The notes under the pieces: model-generated
What the model was told of the DNA's origin: nothing
The model's input: the letters and a program-made list of their open reading frames with translations, nothing else
Databases searched by the model: none
Program-made: the position numbers and the translations under genes
Shown here: positions 1 through 13,120 of the stretch, in pieces
Position numbering within the stretch: the stretch's first letter is position 1
Layout: the number at the start of each line of letters is the position of its first letter
Source: Eledone cirrhosa
Lineage: Eukaryota
Assembly: GCA_964016885.1 (NCBI GenBank)
Contig: OZ024745.1
Coordinates: forward strand, 133,734,001-133,798,000
DNA: 64,000 nucleotides
Direction of reading: 5' to 3'

Positions 1-148
1 CAATTAAATCGACCCCAGTATCTCATTGGAATTTTATTTTAAGGATAAAAGGCAAAGCTAGCCTCGGCGGGATTTGAACTCAGAAATTAAAGGGATCTAA
101 CTCTATTCCACAAGGCATGTAGTTCAACCGCTACTGCCAATCTATCAC
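1..148 (-). mobile_element. tRNA-derived SINE (family S1), degenerate
   Basis: Reverse complement of the TGAGTTCAAATCCCGCCGAGG..TTTGCCTTT body shared with the other S1 copies. Confidence 0.8.
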
Positions 149-180
149 CGCTATTCACCCCTCTATTAATCGTGTCTAAT

Positions 181-311
181 TTAGGCACAGGATCAACAAT
201 TTGTGGGGAGGGGAAGTCGATTACAACGACACCAGTGGTTGACTTGTACCTTATTTTATTGATCCCGAAATTAGGAAAGTCAAGTTTGACCTCTACGAGA
301 CTTGGCTCAGA
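181..311 (-). mobile_element. SINE S1 3' part, highly diverged
   Basis: ttaggcacag..ggggaggggaagtcgatta..acgacaccagt matches the reverse complement of the S1 tail seen at 31170-31240. Confidence 0.65.
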
Positions 312-1328
312 ATTCAACCGTATAACATTTGTACAACATTACTAACGAAGAGACAAAAATAAATATACATTCGTTTATATTGACAGCTGGATAACTAACA
401 CTCTTCATAACCAGCAGACATTCAGGAACCAACATCTATTGTACAATATGTCATGTTTACCAACAACGTTTGGCACCTTCTAAAGAAGCTTTTTGAAAAC
501 AATATTTTTTTAATGCCCTCATCTTAATAACGTCAATGATCATTTAGCAAAATTAACTCTTAATTATGGCTATTGGTGGGAGGAAAATGATTTACTTGTA
601 TAACAATAAATAATTATCGGAAGGTAAATATAATTTGTTGTGTATATATTACAACAAAGCAAAAATAACCTGCTGTTTTCTTTACACATTAATTGTATTT
701 TAGTACTGTGTAATGTGTGAATATATAACATTTCTTTTATTAATAATGTTACACACATATAATTAAAGTGTCGAAATATTTCATTTTATCACAGTTCTAT
801 GTGCATTTTATCATCGTCCATTTTTATTTGTTTGTGTGTGAGTCTGGAGAAAGTGTTCTCCTTATGATTAAGTTACATCCTGCTAGCATTTAAGAAATTT
901 AAGAAACAGAAATCTAAGGTGTGACATCAATTGAAATTCTTTCCATATATCAGGTAACTAATGCGTATAATTCCATATGACATGTGTTTAGTGCCACTTC
1001 GATATATGATGATCTGAATACATTATGAATACATCCGCTTAACGAGTTTGTCAATTGGAACTGACATTTCTAATGATATAGTACTTCACGTGGAATCTTT
1101 CTACGGAATTGTAAAAATATTAAATTTCGAGAAGGAAATTCAAAATTATTTGAAAAGAGATTTTGTGTAATGCAAAACAGATTTTGTGAAAATTGACTTT
1201 AATATGCATTTAAAATGGGTGTGAAGCAAAGCTTGATATAAAAACATATTTCTATAGATTCATATGATCAATCAACATTTTACACTCAGGCATTGTATTA
1301 AGAAAGATATACATACATACACACTCAA

Positions 1329-1375
<47 letters not shown>

Positions 1376-1380
1376 AATAT

Positions 1381-1465
<85 letters not shown>

Positions 1466-1468
1466 TAA

Positions 1469-1509
<41 letters not shown>

Positions 1510-1571
1510 TATATATATAAATATACATATATATATACTATCAGACGTTCAATCATCTGGCAGGAAGGTAT

Positions 1572-1614
1572 ACGTTGCTGACGATAGCTAATAAGCTTGA
1601 AACTAGTACAGCGT
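1572..1614 (+). ncRNA. Minimal type I hammerhead ribozyme
   Basis: ACGTTG-CTGACGA-T-AGCT-aata-AGCT-T-GAAA-CTAG-TA-CAGCGT; 6-bp stem I, palindromic stem III ACTAGT, GUA site. Confidence 0.8.
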
Positions 1615-1868
1615 TCCTTTGTCAGTGTTGAACAAATGAGCAACGATGGTTGCTAGACACTGTACGGCTTAATTCGGAATGTTTGTTTACAAACACACCG
1701 AGCATTATAATAAATGTTCGGTGAATCCATACGTACATATATATATATATGTGCATGTATGTATATATATATACATACTACTGTACGTCTGTATACATAT
1801 ATGTATGTACGTATAAATACTTATATATATATATACATATATATATATACACATATATATATATATAC

Positions 1869-1930
<62 letters not shown>

Positions 1931-1931
1931 T

Positions 1932-1988
<57 letters not shown>

Positions 1989-2227
1989 ATATGCATGCTA
2001 CTGTACGTCTGTATACATATATGTATGTACGTATACATACATACTAACATTTAAGTAAGTGCCGTACTAAGAGTGAGAAATGAAATTTCGTTTTCATTTT
2101 ATTACAACTTATCGTTCTCGGTACGCCTGACCGAACTCACTCGATATGCAAATTAGGCTGCTCAGCCGTTAATTTTCATAAGGAAAGTATATACTTTCGA
2201 ACGTTCAACCATCTGGCAGAAGGGTAT

Positions 2228-2270
2228 ACGGTGCTGATGATAGCTAACAAGCTTGAAACTAGTACATCGT
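2228..2270 (+). ncRNA. Minimal type I hammerhead ribozyme
   Basis: ACGGTG-CTGATGA-T-AGCT-aaca-AGCT-T-GAAA-CTAG-TA-CATCGT; stem I pairing kept despite substitutions. Confidence 0.8.
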
Positions 2271-2435
2271 TCCTGTGTCAGTGTTGAACAAAAAGGTGAC
2301 GTGGTTGCCTTAACACCGTACGGCATAAATTCAGGCTGTTCAGTTTGTTTACAAACGAACAAAGCGGGCGTTATAATAAGCGTCCGCTAAACTGATACGT
2401 ACATATATGTATGTGTACCTGTATGTATATATATG

Positions 2436-2499
<64 letters not shown>

Positions 2500-2715
2500 T
2501 GCTACTGTACGTCTGTATACATATATGTATGTACGTATACATACATACTTACATTTAAGTAAGTGCCGTACTAAGAGTGAGAAATGAAATTTCGTTTTCA
2601 TTTTATTACAACTTATATATATATAGATATTTGTTTATATATACTGTATATATATTATAATATGCATATATGCATACGTATATATTTATGTGTGTGTGTG
2701 TGTGTGTGTGTATAC

Positions 2716-2749
<34 letters not shown>

Positions 2750-3023
2750 ATGTACATATTAATACACATATATGCATATATTATATATACATGTGTGACT
2801 GTGTGTAGCTATATTTATGTGTGTTCAAAGTACAAATGAAGCCACAGATTCTACAAAGGCCACAACGCAGGAGGCACGATGTGTGGTTTATATATTGTGT
2901 TTTTAAAGTTTATACACATGTAGATACACTTACCTTATCACTGACGAGAGTTGCTGAAGTATATTGTCTATACAAGTGTCTATACAAGTGTGTATGCGTG
3001 TCGTTATATGTGTTTAGATAAAT

Positions 3024-3198
3024 TGGGCGGTGGATTGGCTGTGTCGGACGTCATGCTTTCCAGCATAGTTACGTCCCTTTACGATCTGAGTTCAAATCCT
3101 GCCGAGGTTGACTTTGCCTTTCATCCTTCCGGGGTCGATAAAATAAAGTACCAGTAATGCACTGGGTAATTGCTGGCCTTGTGCCTAAAGTAGAAACA
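3024..3198 (+). mobile_element. SINE S1 with 21-bp TSD
   Basis: B-box GAGTTCAAATCC, central GCCTTTCATCCTTCCGGGGTCGATAAAATAAAGTACCAG; GTTATATGTGTTTAGATAAAT at 3003-3023 and 3199-3219. Confidence 0.92.
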
Positions 3199-3303
3199 GT
3201 TATATGTGTTTAGATAAATAAAATAAATTATGTTCAATTTGTAACTAATATAATCAATCATATTTTGACTGTCAATATTATGAGGAAAAATCTCTGCAAC
3301 TTA

Positions 3304-3388
<85 letters not shown>

Positions 3389-3529
3389 TATATATATATA
3401 CATATATAATATATATATATTATATATGTAATATATATATATTATATATGTATACACACGCACACACATAAATATATACGTATGCATATATGCCTATTAT
3501 AATTATATATAATATATATATATATATTA

Positions 3530-4010
3530 TATAGATAGATAGATAGATAGATAGATAGATTTCTTTGTTAGCCATCGAAATCCCCAATAGGGGGAGGCGT
3601 CACAAATGAGCTGTTTAATACCCCGTCGATAGAACAACCCTCAACTCCAGGAGCGTGTTGTGCAAGTGCTCCTTTCTTCCTTTTGCTCTCTTCTTCAACC
3701 TACAGGCTTATAAACAGAGAAGGTCCAATCACTCGGGCTATGTTCGCTTCATTCACCCACCTTTCAGTAAATTTACTCGGGTGCAGTGCCTCTCTCTCCA
3801 TCCCGATTCTCCTTCTAAAGTGATACTTAAAGAAGGGAATCAATTGTTGACCGGAGAGAAAGGCATCTCTCCTCAGTCCTCAGAGTTGTGGGAGAGCTCG
3901 TCTCACAAACGTCAGCCACACCGGTTCGCCGGTAAGCAATACCTGGAGATGGCGTAGCCTCAGCGCGTGTTTGCGCATCATCAGGCACGGCATACCCAGC
4001 CCTTCTTTAG
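3530..4010 (-). mobile_element. Tx1/L1-type LINE 3' fragment with (ATCT)n tail
   Basis: Minus strand reads SKEGLGMPCLMMRKHALRLRHL (post-RT GGLGxP motif) and runs into a (ATCT)n tail. Confidence 0.7.
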
Positions 4011-4315
4011 AATGGTAGTGAAAGTGGAGCTTTCAGACTGGTGACCGTATATGCCCCGACTGGGACATCGCAACCAGAGTTCTTCAAGCGTCTGTAGCCA
4101 TTCCTGGGAACGTCTCGCTCTTTAGTGTTAGCGGGGGACTGGAATGGCATCTTAAACGCACGTTGGGACTATGTAGGGGCTTGTGATAATAGAGTGGGGT
4201 GTAGTAGCCTAAAATATCTCATCAGCCAATTTCAACTGGCTAATAGATATCAACTAGATTTCCCAAGTGCACCACTGTGGACGTGGAGCAACCGCACTGG
4301 GTCTTCTAGAACGAG
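4011..4315 (+). pseudogene. LINE APE endonuclease fragment (Tx1/L1-like)
   Basis: GAFRLVTVYAPTG ... LAGDWNGIL ... LWTWSN motifs, with frameshift and stop. Confidence 0.75.
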
Positions 4316-7271
4316 TGTTACATAGGCATGCCAGGCTTCTTCACTGGCGTCCTCAAAGCGGCCACTGTAACTGGCAGCAGAACGGTAGGCTGCCAGTTCT
4401 GTAGGCAAAGGCGTAGTAACGCTGATCATCGATAATTTACAGATATCTTTAAAAGGAAACGAACTCTCAGCTACTTTTTGAAACCATAACAATTTGTCTA
4501 AATATTTCAGTAGATTTACAAAACGATCTTTTTTTTATCATTTGATGCATCTTACGGATTGGTGTGATAACATACATCGTGAAATGCATAATTTATTGTA
4601 AAGTGTGTACAATATATTGGCTTTATAAAGTAATGTGGCAAATAAAATCTCAGTTTCGGAGTTTTAAAATGCTATGTTCATTTTTTATACATTTTTAAAG
4701 CAAACATTTTCGTGATAAGACAGCATTATTTTGTAGTAACAGTATTCGTCTGGAATAAATTAGAGGCTGTTGTGTGTACTGATGAGATGAAGTGTAGAAA
4801 TAGAATGCAAAACCTGAGTCGAATAATAGAAAGACGTTTTCAATGGTTAAATAAGTCAACCAGAAACTCATTTAAAAGAACGGCTTGTGCATCTAATGAC
4901 AAACCAATGATAGATTGATGTTTTGTATTACTGCAAATCAACAATGGCTAACCGAAACAGCGTTGTGCATCAGATAAAATTGCACCATCTTCAAATTGAT
5001 AGAGTTATATATCAAGTTGATTTAAATAAGACTTCTGAGATAAGAACGCAAGGAAATAATTTCCAAGATTTCATGAACAATTGTAGATTATATTAATGAG
5101 AGAGCGATTAAATTAGACATTACTTTAAGACACTATCGTCGAATGCCGTTTTCATGAACAACTGCCAGAGAAATGCATTATTTATTATACAGGATCTCTG
5201 AAATTAGTCAAGAATAAACTTTTACAAAAAGGCTTATCAAAGCCAATCAGCTTATCGAAAGTAAAATTGACTATTAAAAAGTTATAACGATGCATGCGTC
5301 GTGGATTCTGCCAATTATTTCATGTTTTGTCACCATTGTATCGTTTGTGATACAGAATTACGAGGTTTTATATAAATGTAGAGCTAATTTATTTACAATA
5401 AAATTTATATTTGTTAAACAATATAATTGTGTAACTGAGATTAGAAATTTTATTGGAAATTATTTCGCTTTCCGTTTGTATTTCTTTGTCCAATAAATTG
5501 TAGAAATCTGTCTTATTTAAAAAAAAAAGACATGTATGTGTATCGTATTACAAAGGTTTTCATTTTTGGTTGAAAACACTTTCGTCTCAGACTACAAGCT
5601 TGGGGAACTATGCACGTATCCCAATCTATTCATTTATGTTTCTCAACAAAACAGCCTAACGAATCGTAGACATTTTTATTCAGGTTTTGAGCTGTGATTC
5701 GTTCAGAAGAAATATACCTGCTTGACATTGTTTTTATATTGTGTTAAAGCAATTCTGTTAGATTGGCAACTTTCATATGCATTACAGAAAGAGTACATAT
5801 TCTATAAAAAACTAGCATTTTCGATTATGACCAGAATTTAAATCCATACAAATCATTTAAACTCATAGCAAGATTCTCAAATCAACTAAATATTGCAAAA
5901 GGCAATTGCATATTTCCGTTATTCGTGTCGCTCTAAATATAGGATATATCTGCTGATTTCGATATAACGTACGTCACCACTTAACTTTTCAAGCAAATAC
6001 ATGGAGAATATACATATTTTTGAGATGTACAGAAATACTTTTGATCTTATGTTAGGATTGTACATTACTTACTCATTCAATATATATAGCAAATTCATTA
6101 AAATAAACTAAATGTATTCCAAATCTAAACAAATGTTTTACGTACGGTTGTATTCGCCATTAACTATTAACATTTTCAACAATTAATACTAATTTTTCAT
6201 ATTAGTAAAAAGTCAAATAGTTTCAAGTTATTGTCTGTTGATATGATCACCATTATATTACTGATAATCATTTATTTGATTCGAAAAAGTTGAAATACAT
6301 GTCATTTCGTGGGGAATGGAATTTAACCGGAAGGTGACGTAAGTAAATGAATTTTATCAGAGACATTCTAACGTTGCTCCAAATCTGCTGTGTTTGTAAA
6401 AAAACAAATATACTATATAGTTATAGTAGTTCACTTTATTCACACAACAATCAATTTATCATTAAATAAATGCTCACTCTATTCACTCCGGCTTGTGGGT
6501 TTAATAAATGTAACAAGTGTACATTTTTGACATATCAGTTGCTGTCTCGCGAGAATTTATCAACATCAATCAGTAACCTTTTAAAGCTCAGAATCAAAAT
6601 ATAGAAATCTGAGTGACATGGTTTTCATTCCTGTGGACTAAATATAATCTATGTTGTAGCTTCATTTAATTAGAACAATTGAATAAAGTTTTAACCGTAC
6701 AAAGCGTGGAACATTACTGCAGCGATGCAAATTATGTGTTGCATAAACCATGTTTCTAATTAAGACTAATCAATTGCTAGATTTTAATATATATTTTAAT
6801 CAAAACCACATCAAAATTGAAACTTATATATGAACTATTTAGTTAAACTTGAATCCAAACTTGTATTTAAACTTACACATATTTCTCTTCCAAATCTATT
6901 AAAATAAGTGTAACAGTGTCTGGAAGTATGGTTAACGTAGAAACAAAGTCAGTTTTCCTATTTTTAAATTTCTATTTATTGATAAGATGTTCTTCATTCC
7001 TGATTAGGAAGACTGCTTAATATTCGAGGTTTTTCTGTCGGTCACAACACTAAACGGAAACAGAAAGGGACACTAAGAATAACTGTCAGGAGAAGGAAAT
7101 AGCTTCAGCTTAGTATAACCGAACAAAATTGACGTTTATTCAATACTTTTCTCTCTATCCAAATGCATGTTTATGTATGCATATGGGTGCACATAAATGT
7201 GTGTGTAAGAATGCTTGGGTGAACGGATGCGTGTGTCTGTATATGTGTATCTATTTATACCTCTCTTTTTG

Positions 7272-7312
<41 letters not shown>

Positions 7313-7649
7313 ATGTGTGTGTGTAAGTATCTATACGTACATACATATATGTATATATACATACATGCACACATATATATATTTTTTTCCATTTATATAT
7401 ATATATATATATATATATGACGATTTTGATCGATCAATGAACTACACTAATATTTGGTGAAACGTATTCATAGCTATTGAGGGATACATAGAAAGGAATA
7501 TAAATACGTTTTGCCAGGTATCTATGTATAAATATTTTTTCTTAAATTTGTATGTGTTATTTTGTGTATGTATCTCATTCAATACATATGTATATATGTC
7601 AATCAGTATTACATATATATTATATATATACAAACACACACACACACAG

Positions 7650-7876
<227 letters not shown>

Positions 7877-8185
7877 ATTACCTGTTCTAATAACCTGTTC
7901 TAATTTTTTTTTTCTCGGCTGAACTCTATCAGTATTTTAATTAAATTCTGATGACACCCACCGTCTATACTCACTAATGGCAAATTAGTGGCAAATAAAA
8001 TGATTTGCATTATGTAGCATAACGTGGGTAGAAACAATTGTCAGTTATTAAATGCCTTAAACTCTTAAATTCTTTGCTTTGTAAACAAACTGTAACAATA
8101 TAACAGATCTGCTTGATCTTCTCGTTGCATTGGGCTAAAATACACTTAGTCATTGAGTAAAATTTACTCTCATTAATAATACTAT

Positions 8186-8287
<102 letters not shown>

Positions 8288-8296
8288 TATATATAA

Positions 8297-8365
8297 ATAA
8301 ATAACAGATTAAAGTTTAAGCAAAGAATCGCTGCTTTCACCCTTAACGGGATCTTCTGAAATTAA
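8297..8365 (-). ncRNA. HHR-like motif with CAGAAGA core (family A)
   Basis: Minus strand AATTT-CAGAAGA-T-CCC-gttaa-GGG-T-GAAA-GCA..TGC-TT-AAACT; abuts (TA)n. Confidence 0.55.
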
Positions 8366-8824
8366 ACAAGATCAATCTGTGAACGCAGAAGTAAATATTT
8401 CGAAAAACGTTGCAACCGAAGGAAGACAGGAAAACGATACTTTGGTTCGTGGAAACGTTCCCTGGCAAAGAACGGAAGAAAGCGAAGATAATACGTGGAG
8501 CGATGAGAACAATTTCACGCAAAGACAAAACCACGTTTATGGTATAAATGGAGTCATTAGACTAATATTCTATTTAGGAAACCGAATGATTTTCGGCTTC
8601 GGAGTTAGGAATAATGTAAATAAATTTGTTGAACGAAAATAACAGAGGTTATTAAAATCATAAAAGTAATAATAATTAAATATATACATACACATATTTA
8701 TACACACGCCATATATATGCATGCACATACACATATACGCGCGTACACGTTGGTGTGTGTGTATGTTTATATATAAATTCATATATTTATATATACATAT
8801 ATACATATATATATATATACATAC

Positions 8825-8877
<53 letters not shown>

Positions 8878-9134
8878 TGTATATGGAGAACTCTTCTATG
8901 TCTTATATATTACTTTTATAAAACAATTGTTCAATTGACCAACTGGCTTTCCACAAGAACAAAGAGATATTTAAAGAACCAACGATAAGGCCGATAATAA
9001 ACCAATGAAATAAACGAATATGACCGATAACGAACCAATGAGTGAATACCGCGGACTACCACGTTGATGGAATGTGGTAAATATAAGGAATTGGGAGGGA
9101 TTTATACATCATCAGAGACGAGCTTGTCTATTGA

Positions 9135-9228
9135 AGCATATCTGAGGATCATTCGATTCCAGAGTCAGGTTCGATCATTAATAGATCGTTCCTCGAGCTG
9201 ATTGACAGTGAAACATATGTAATATGTT
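9135..9228 (+). ncRNA. Type I hammerhead ribozyme with extended stem II
   Basis: AGCATAT-CTGAGGA-[61 nt incl. TCGATT/GATTGA, AGG/CCT, CGATC/GATCG]-GAAA-CATATG-TA-ATATGTT. Confidence 0.7.
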
Positions 9229-9444
9229 ATTAAATATATTACGATGCAACACTGATTCTTTGTTCCTTTGTTCTAATACAATTGATACTCTGCTCTGCAA
9301 GAGCATCGAGTGCTCACCCTGCATACCGCCTACGGAGGCATTTGGCTTGCACACAACACCAGTGTGTGTGAGTGCGTGTGTGTGGGGGGGGGGGGTATGT
9401 GTGTGTGTGTGTATGTGTGTGTATGTATGTGTGTGTGTGTGTTA

Positions 9445-9630
9445 TAAAGTGAAATGACAGGAGGCCAAATATGTTGAATTTCCTCAATTTTATTACTGTT
9501 GCGTAAGAAACCGGTGACCTCATCAGGTGTGAATTGTGTAATAGGTGTATACCAAGGGAATAGTGGTAGCTTTAAGGAAACAAGCAAAGAAAAGGTGTGT
9601 GTTATGTTTTTGACTCAGAAAAGGACATTG
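9445..9630 (-). mobile_element. PLE-type tail fragment related to family E
   Basis: gaaatgacaggaggc shared with 48211-48225; CTGATGA on minus strand (9520-9526) but GAAA missing; flanked by microsatellites. Confidence 0.45.
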
Positions 9631-9645
9631 CTCGCCCGCTTCTGA

Positions 9646-9702
<57 letters not shown>

Positions 9703-10592
9703 GAGGGCAAAGATGTAGGTAGTGATACAGACAATGATATCCTTTTGTAACAATATGATTCTTCAAGTTAAATCTAACTTCATCAAACCTATTAACACCG
9801 ACTCCTTCTTGCAATACAATTAAATTCTGTATAAACTGTTTCTGCTGCGAAGTCTCTCATAGATATTTCTAAATACAGCAAACCCCATTACTGTCAAGTA
9901 CTTCGTAATAATACTCACGTCTGAGAAATCTAAACAGAATTGCCAGCCATTTCAGCATTCTCAGAACAACCGTCATGCCATATCACGAATATTTACACAT
10001 TCCCTCTGCAATTATCTGCTCACATGTCTTCATATCTATTATTAACAACATCTCCAGTCAAAAAGACATGGGAGAAAACGAAACTGGATAGAGGAATAAA
10101 ACTGGAAAATAACCCCAAATCCTGCCAGACTAAACTTCTGAAGTAAGCTTACACATATTAATACACATGACTAAACAGAGCAATATGCTCAACGACTGGC
10201 CCTCAATAACCTCTCCCCCATATGTTTTTCTTCAACTCTGCTTTGGTTGTTACTTTAATCTCACCATTAGAGCAATGTTATGGCTTGTTCCATGGGCTGT
10301 TCAATTTTATTAGCAGTACAATGTCATGCTTGTGTTTTAAGAATGCTACCCGTAAACATAATTACCCGGCAAGAGAACATTGTAAAACATCCAGCATACA
10401 ATATGTCTGGCAATAGAACAGCACAAATCTGTATTTATCGAACACCAATAACTACATGACATTTTCTCCGCTGCCCTGTCTCGTCTGAATTGATATTAAT
10501 TTTATATTATTATTTATACTTCCTATATGTTTCATGTACTTATTTCTATGTATATTAGATTGCATTATTTTGGTTGCAATTATTTTGGAAAT

Positions 10593-10966
10593 GTGGATTG
10601 GCAGTATCAGTAGAGGGTCAGACGCCATGCTTTGCAGCATAGAGATACGCCCCTTTAAGGTCTGACTTCAAATCCTCCCGAGGTTAACTTTGCCTTTCAT
10701 CCTTACGGGGTCGATAAAATAAAGTACCAGTAATGCACTGGGATAATTGCTGGCCTTGTACCAAAAGTAGAAACAATTATTGTGGATAGGCAGTATCGGT
10801 AGAGCGTCAGACACCATGATTTGCAAGAATCATGGCCCTTTACGTTCTGAGTTCAAATCCCGCCGAGGTTAACTTTGCCTTTCATCCTTACGGGGTTGAT
10901 AAAATAAAGTAACAGTAATGCACTAGGATAATTGCTGGCCTTGCACCAATATAAGAAACAATTATT
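10593..10966 (+). mobile_element. Two head-to-tail SINE S1 copies
   Basis: Units 10593-10781 and 10782-10966, both with A/B-box-like head and S1 body. Confidence 0.9.
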
Positions 10967-11290
10967 TTAACTCTACCCCAAGGAGTATATCGAATAGTTT
11001 ATTGTGAAATATCTGTATTAAGCTCTTAGTTTTGAACCTTTAGAAATATATATTGGTACAATAGATATTATACATAAACTATATACGCATAGCAAATTCC
11101 ATTATACACCAAATGCTCTAATAATTCAAAACTGTATTTATTGGGCTGCTACATGTTTATAAATCTCTTCTTATCGACCATCGAAACACTACGCAGCGCG
11201 TCTCGAGTAATATTTATATGAGTTTTAATATTAATATTCACTCATCCAAAAATGTTTCGTATATATAAGACATAGCATTGATTATATATA

Positions 11291-11490
11291 TATCATTATT
11301 TAATATAGAAATGGCTTCTACAGGACTAAAACTGTTTCATTTATATGAGGATTCCCTGATGATTTCATACGAATGAAATAGTTCTAGTCCTGTAAAAACA
11401 ATTTCTTTATTAAATAAAGATGTTTAAACTCTAATAATGTATTGAATAACTACTTTAACGGTGGTGATTCCTCGATTTTACTAGGGATCT
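11291..11490 (+). mobile_element. Fold-back element family B with HHR-like core
   Basis: Inverted arms 11298-11340 / 11373-11415 around CTGATGA-T-TTC-atac-GAA-T-GAAA. Confidence 0.65.
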
Positions 11491-11570
11491 CTCTCACTCA
11501 CTCTCTCACTCTCTCCCTCTCTCCCTCTCTCTCGCTCTCTCTCTCGCTCTCTCTCTATCCACACACATAC

Positions 11571-11632
<62 letters not shown>

Positions 11633-11642
11633 ACATATATGC

Positions 11643-11723
<81 letters not shown>

Positions 11724-11743
11724 TAGATATATAAATATATAGA

Positions 11744-11970
11744 TATATTGTTATGCTTGGGGAGGGTCATATTATTGCAATAATATGACCCTCCCCAAGT
11801 ATATATATATATATAAATATATATATAAATATATAGATATATTGTTATACTTGGGGAGGGTCATATTATTGCAATAATATTGCCAGAAATAATTAAACAC
11901 ACTCACTGTTTGGTTGGTTTTCGATTCTGTATCTTTTATATCTCTATAGTTAACTTATTTGGCAATCAAT
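11744..11970. repeat. Palindromic family C fragments
   Basis: cttggggagggtcatattattgcaataatatgaccctccccaag palindrome plus second copy; related to 38696-38925 and 21156-21182. Confidence 0.7.
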
Positions 11971-12185
11971 GTTTATCATTGATTGACTAATGGTTAAAAA
12001 TACACATATAAACATATATATATATATATATATATAGTCAAAGTTCTTTCGTTGCACATCTACAACATCATCAATGGTACTATTATGTTTCCTCCCACTG
12101 TATTGTTTTGTACTGTAATGTCTGCGCCATTTTTTTCTTTCTTTTTTTATTTATTTATCCTTGTCTATATATATATATATACGTA

Positions 12186-12326
12186 ATTATTCAATACATT
12201 AGTAGAGTTTAAATATCTTTATTTAATAATGAGATTGCTTTTACATGATTAGAACTGTTTCATTCGTATGAAATCATCAGGGGATCTTCATAGAAATGAA
12301 ACAGTTTTAGTCCTTTAGAAGCCATG
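12186..12326 (-). mobile_element. Fold-back element family B, opposite orientation
   Basis: Reverse complement of 11310-11455; TCATCAG at 12274-12280. Confidence 0.65.
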
Positions 12327-12935
12327 TTTGAGGAATAATGCCTCTATCCGAGCAAGTAAACTAAAGTTGTATCGCATCTAACAATAAATATATTTTAGTG
12401 AAATATTATATCTATTGACTTACTGCATTTGGTGTAGATTTTAATGTTATACAAATTATATGCAGTATTGAATATAAAAATATGATACATGCTGAATGAT
12501 CAAACTATATTTTCAGTTTATCGATTCCTTTGAAAATCACTAAGATTAATTGCCTTGACACACCGACCAAATATAGAAAAGCTATGACAATGAAGCAATA
12601 TCGGAATGTTTATCTTACTACTTGCTGAACATCGTAGACAAAGGGGGGAGTCGGCACCGTTAACAGTCAATTCAACAACTTTACATCATCTAATATTATT
12701 CTTCTGAAACTATTGATCTTTTATGCTAAATTGAACAAATATTAAACGCAGTGGCACAACAGTTAAGATACTTCCATTTGAGAAAACAAAGCTAACTTCT
12801 TACCGCATTCTCCTCTTCCTCGAGGAAACAGCCTGAGACCGTACTTTAACCTGTTATATCGTGCTTAGTAACTAATTATTTTGTAAAAAGAGATATAGTG
12901 CAAAGATGGATTCAAGTATTATTGAGAGAAAGTGA

Positions 12936-13120
12936 CTGACAGATGTCGCTAAGATTACCATTGAAACTGGTAGACTGGCAGGTGTCACTAAGATCACCAT
13001 TGAAACTGGTATCTGACAGATGTCGCTAAGATAACCATTGAAACTGGTGTCTGACAGATGTCGCTAAGATCACCATTGAAACTGGTGTCTGACAGATGTC
13101 GCTAAGAAACTGGTAGACAG
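12936..13120. repeat. Minisatellite, about 36-bp unit, about 5 copies
   Basis: CTGACAGATGTCGCTAAGATCACCATTGAAACTGGT repeated. Confidence 0.9.

Larger units (their letters stand above)
1544..2614 (+). mobile_element. Tandem pair of HHR-bearing non-coding units (PLE pseudo-LTR or retrozyme-like)
   Basis: 1544-1735 repeats at 2200-2402 and 1993-2111 repeats at 2497-2614; each unit carries an HHR and an internal (TA)n. Confidence 0.75.

Noticed and set aside
2941-2970. CTGACGA core
   Set aside because: GAAG instead of GAAA and no stem I
12936-13120. CRISPR-like repeat (36 bp containing ATTGAAAC)
   Set aside because: No spacers; a simple short tandem repeat
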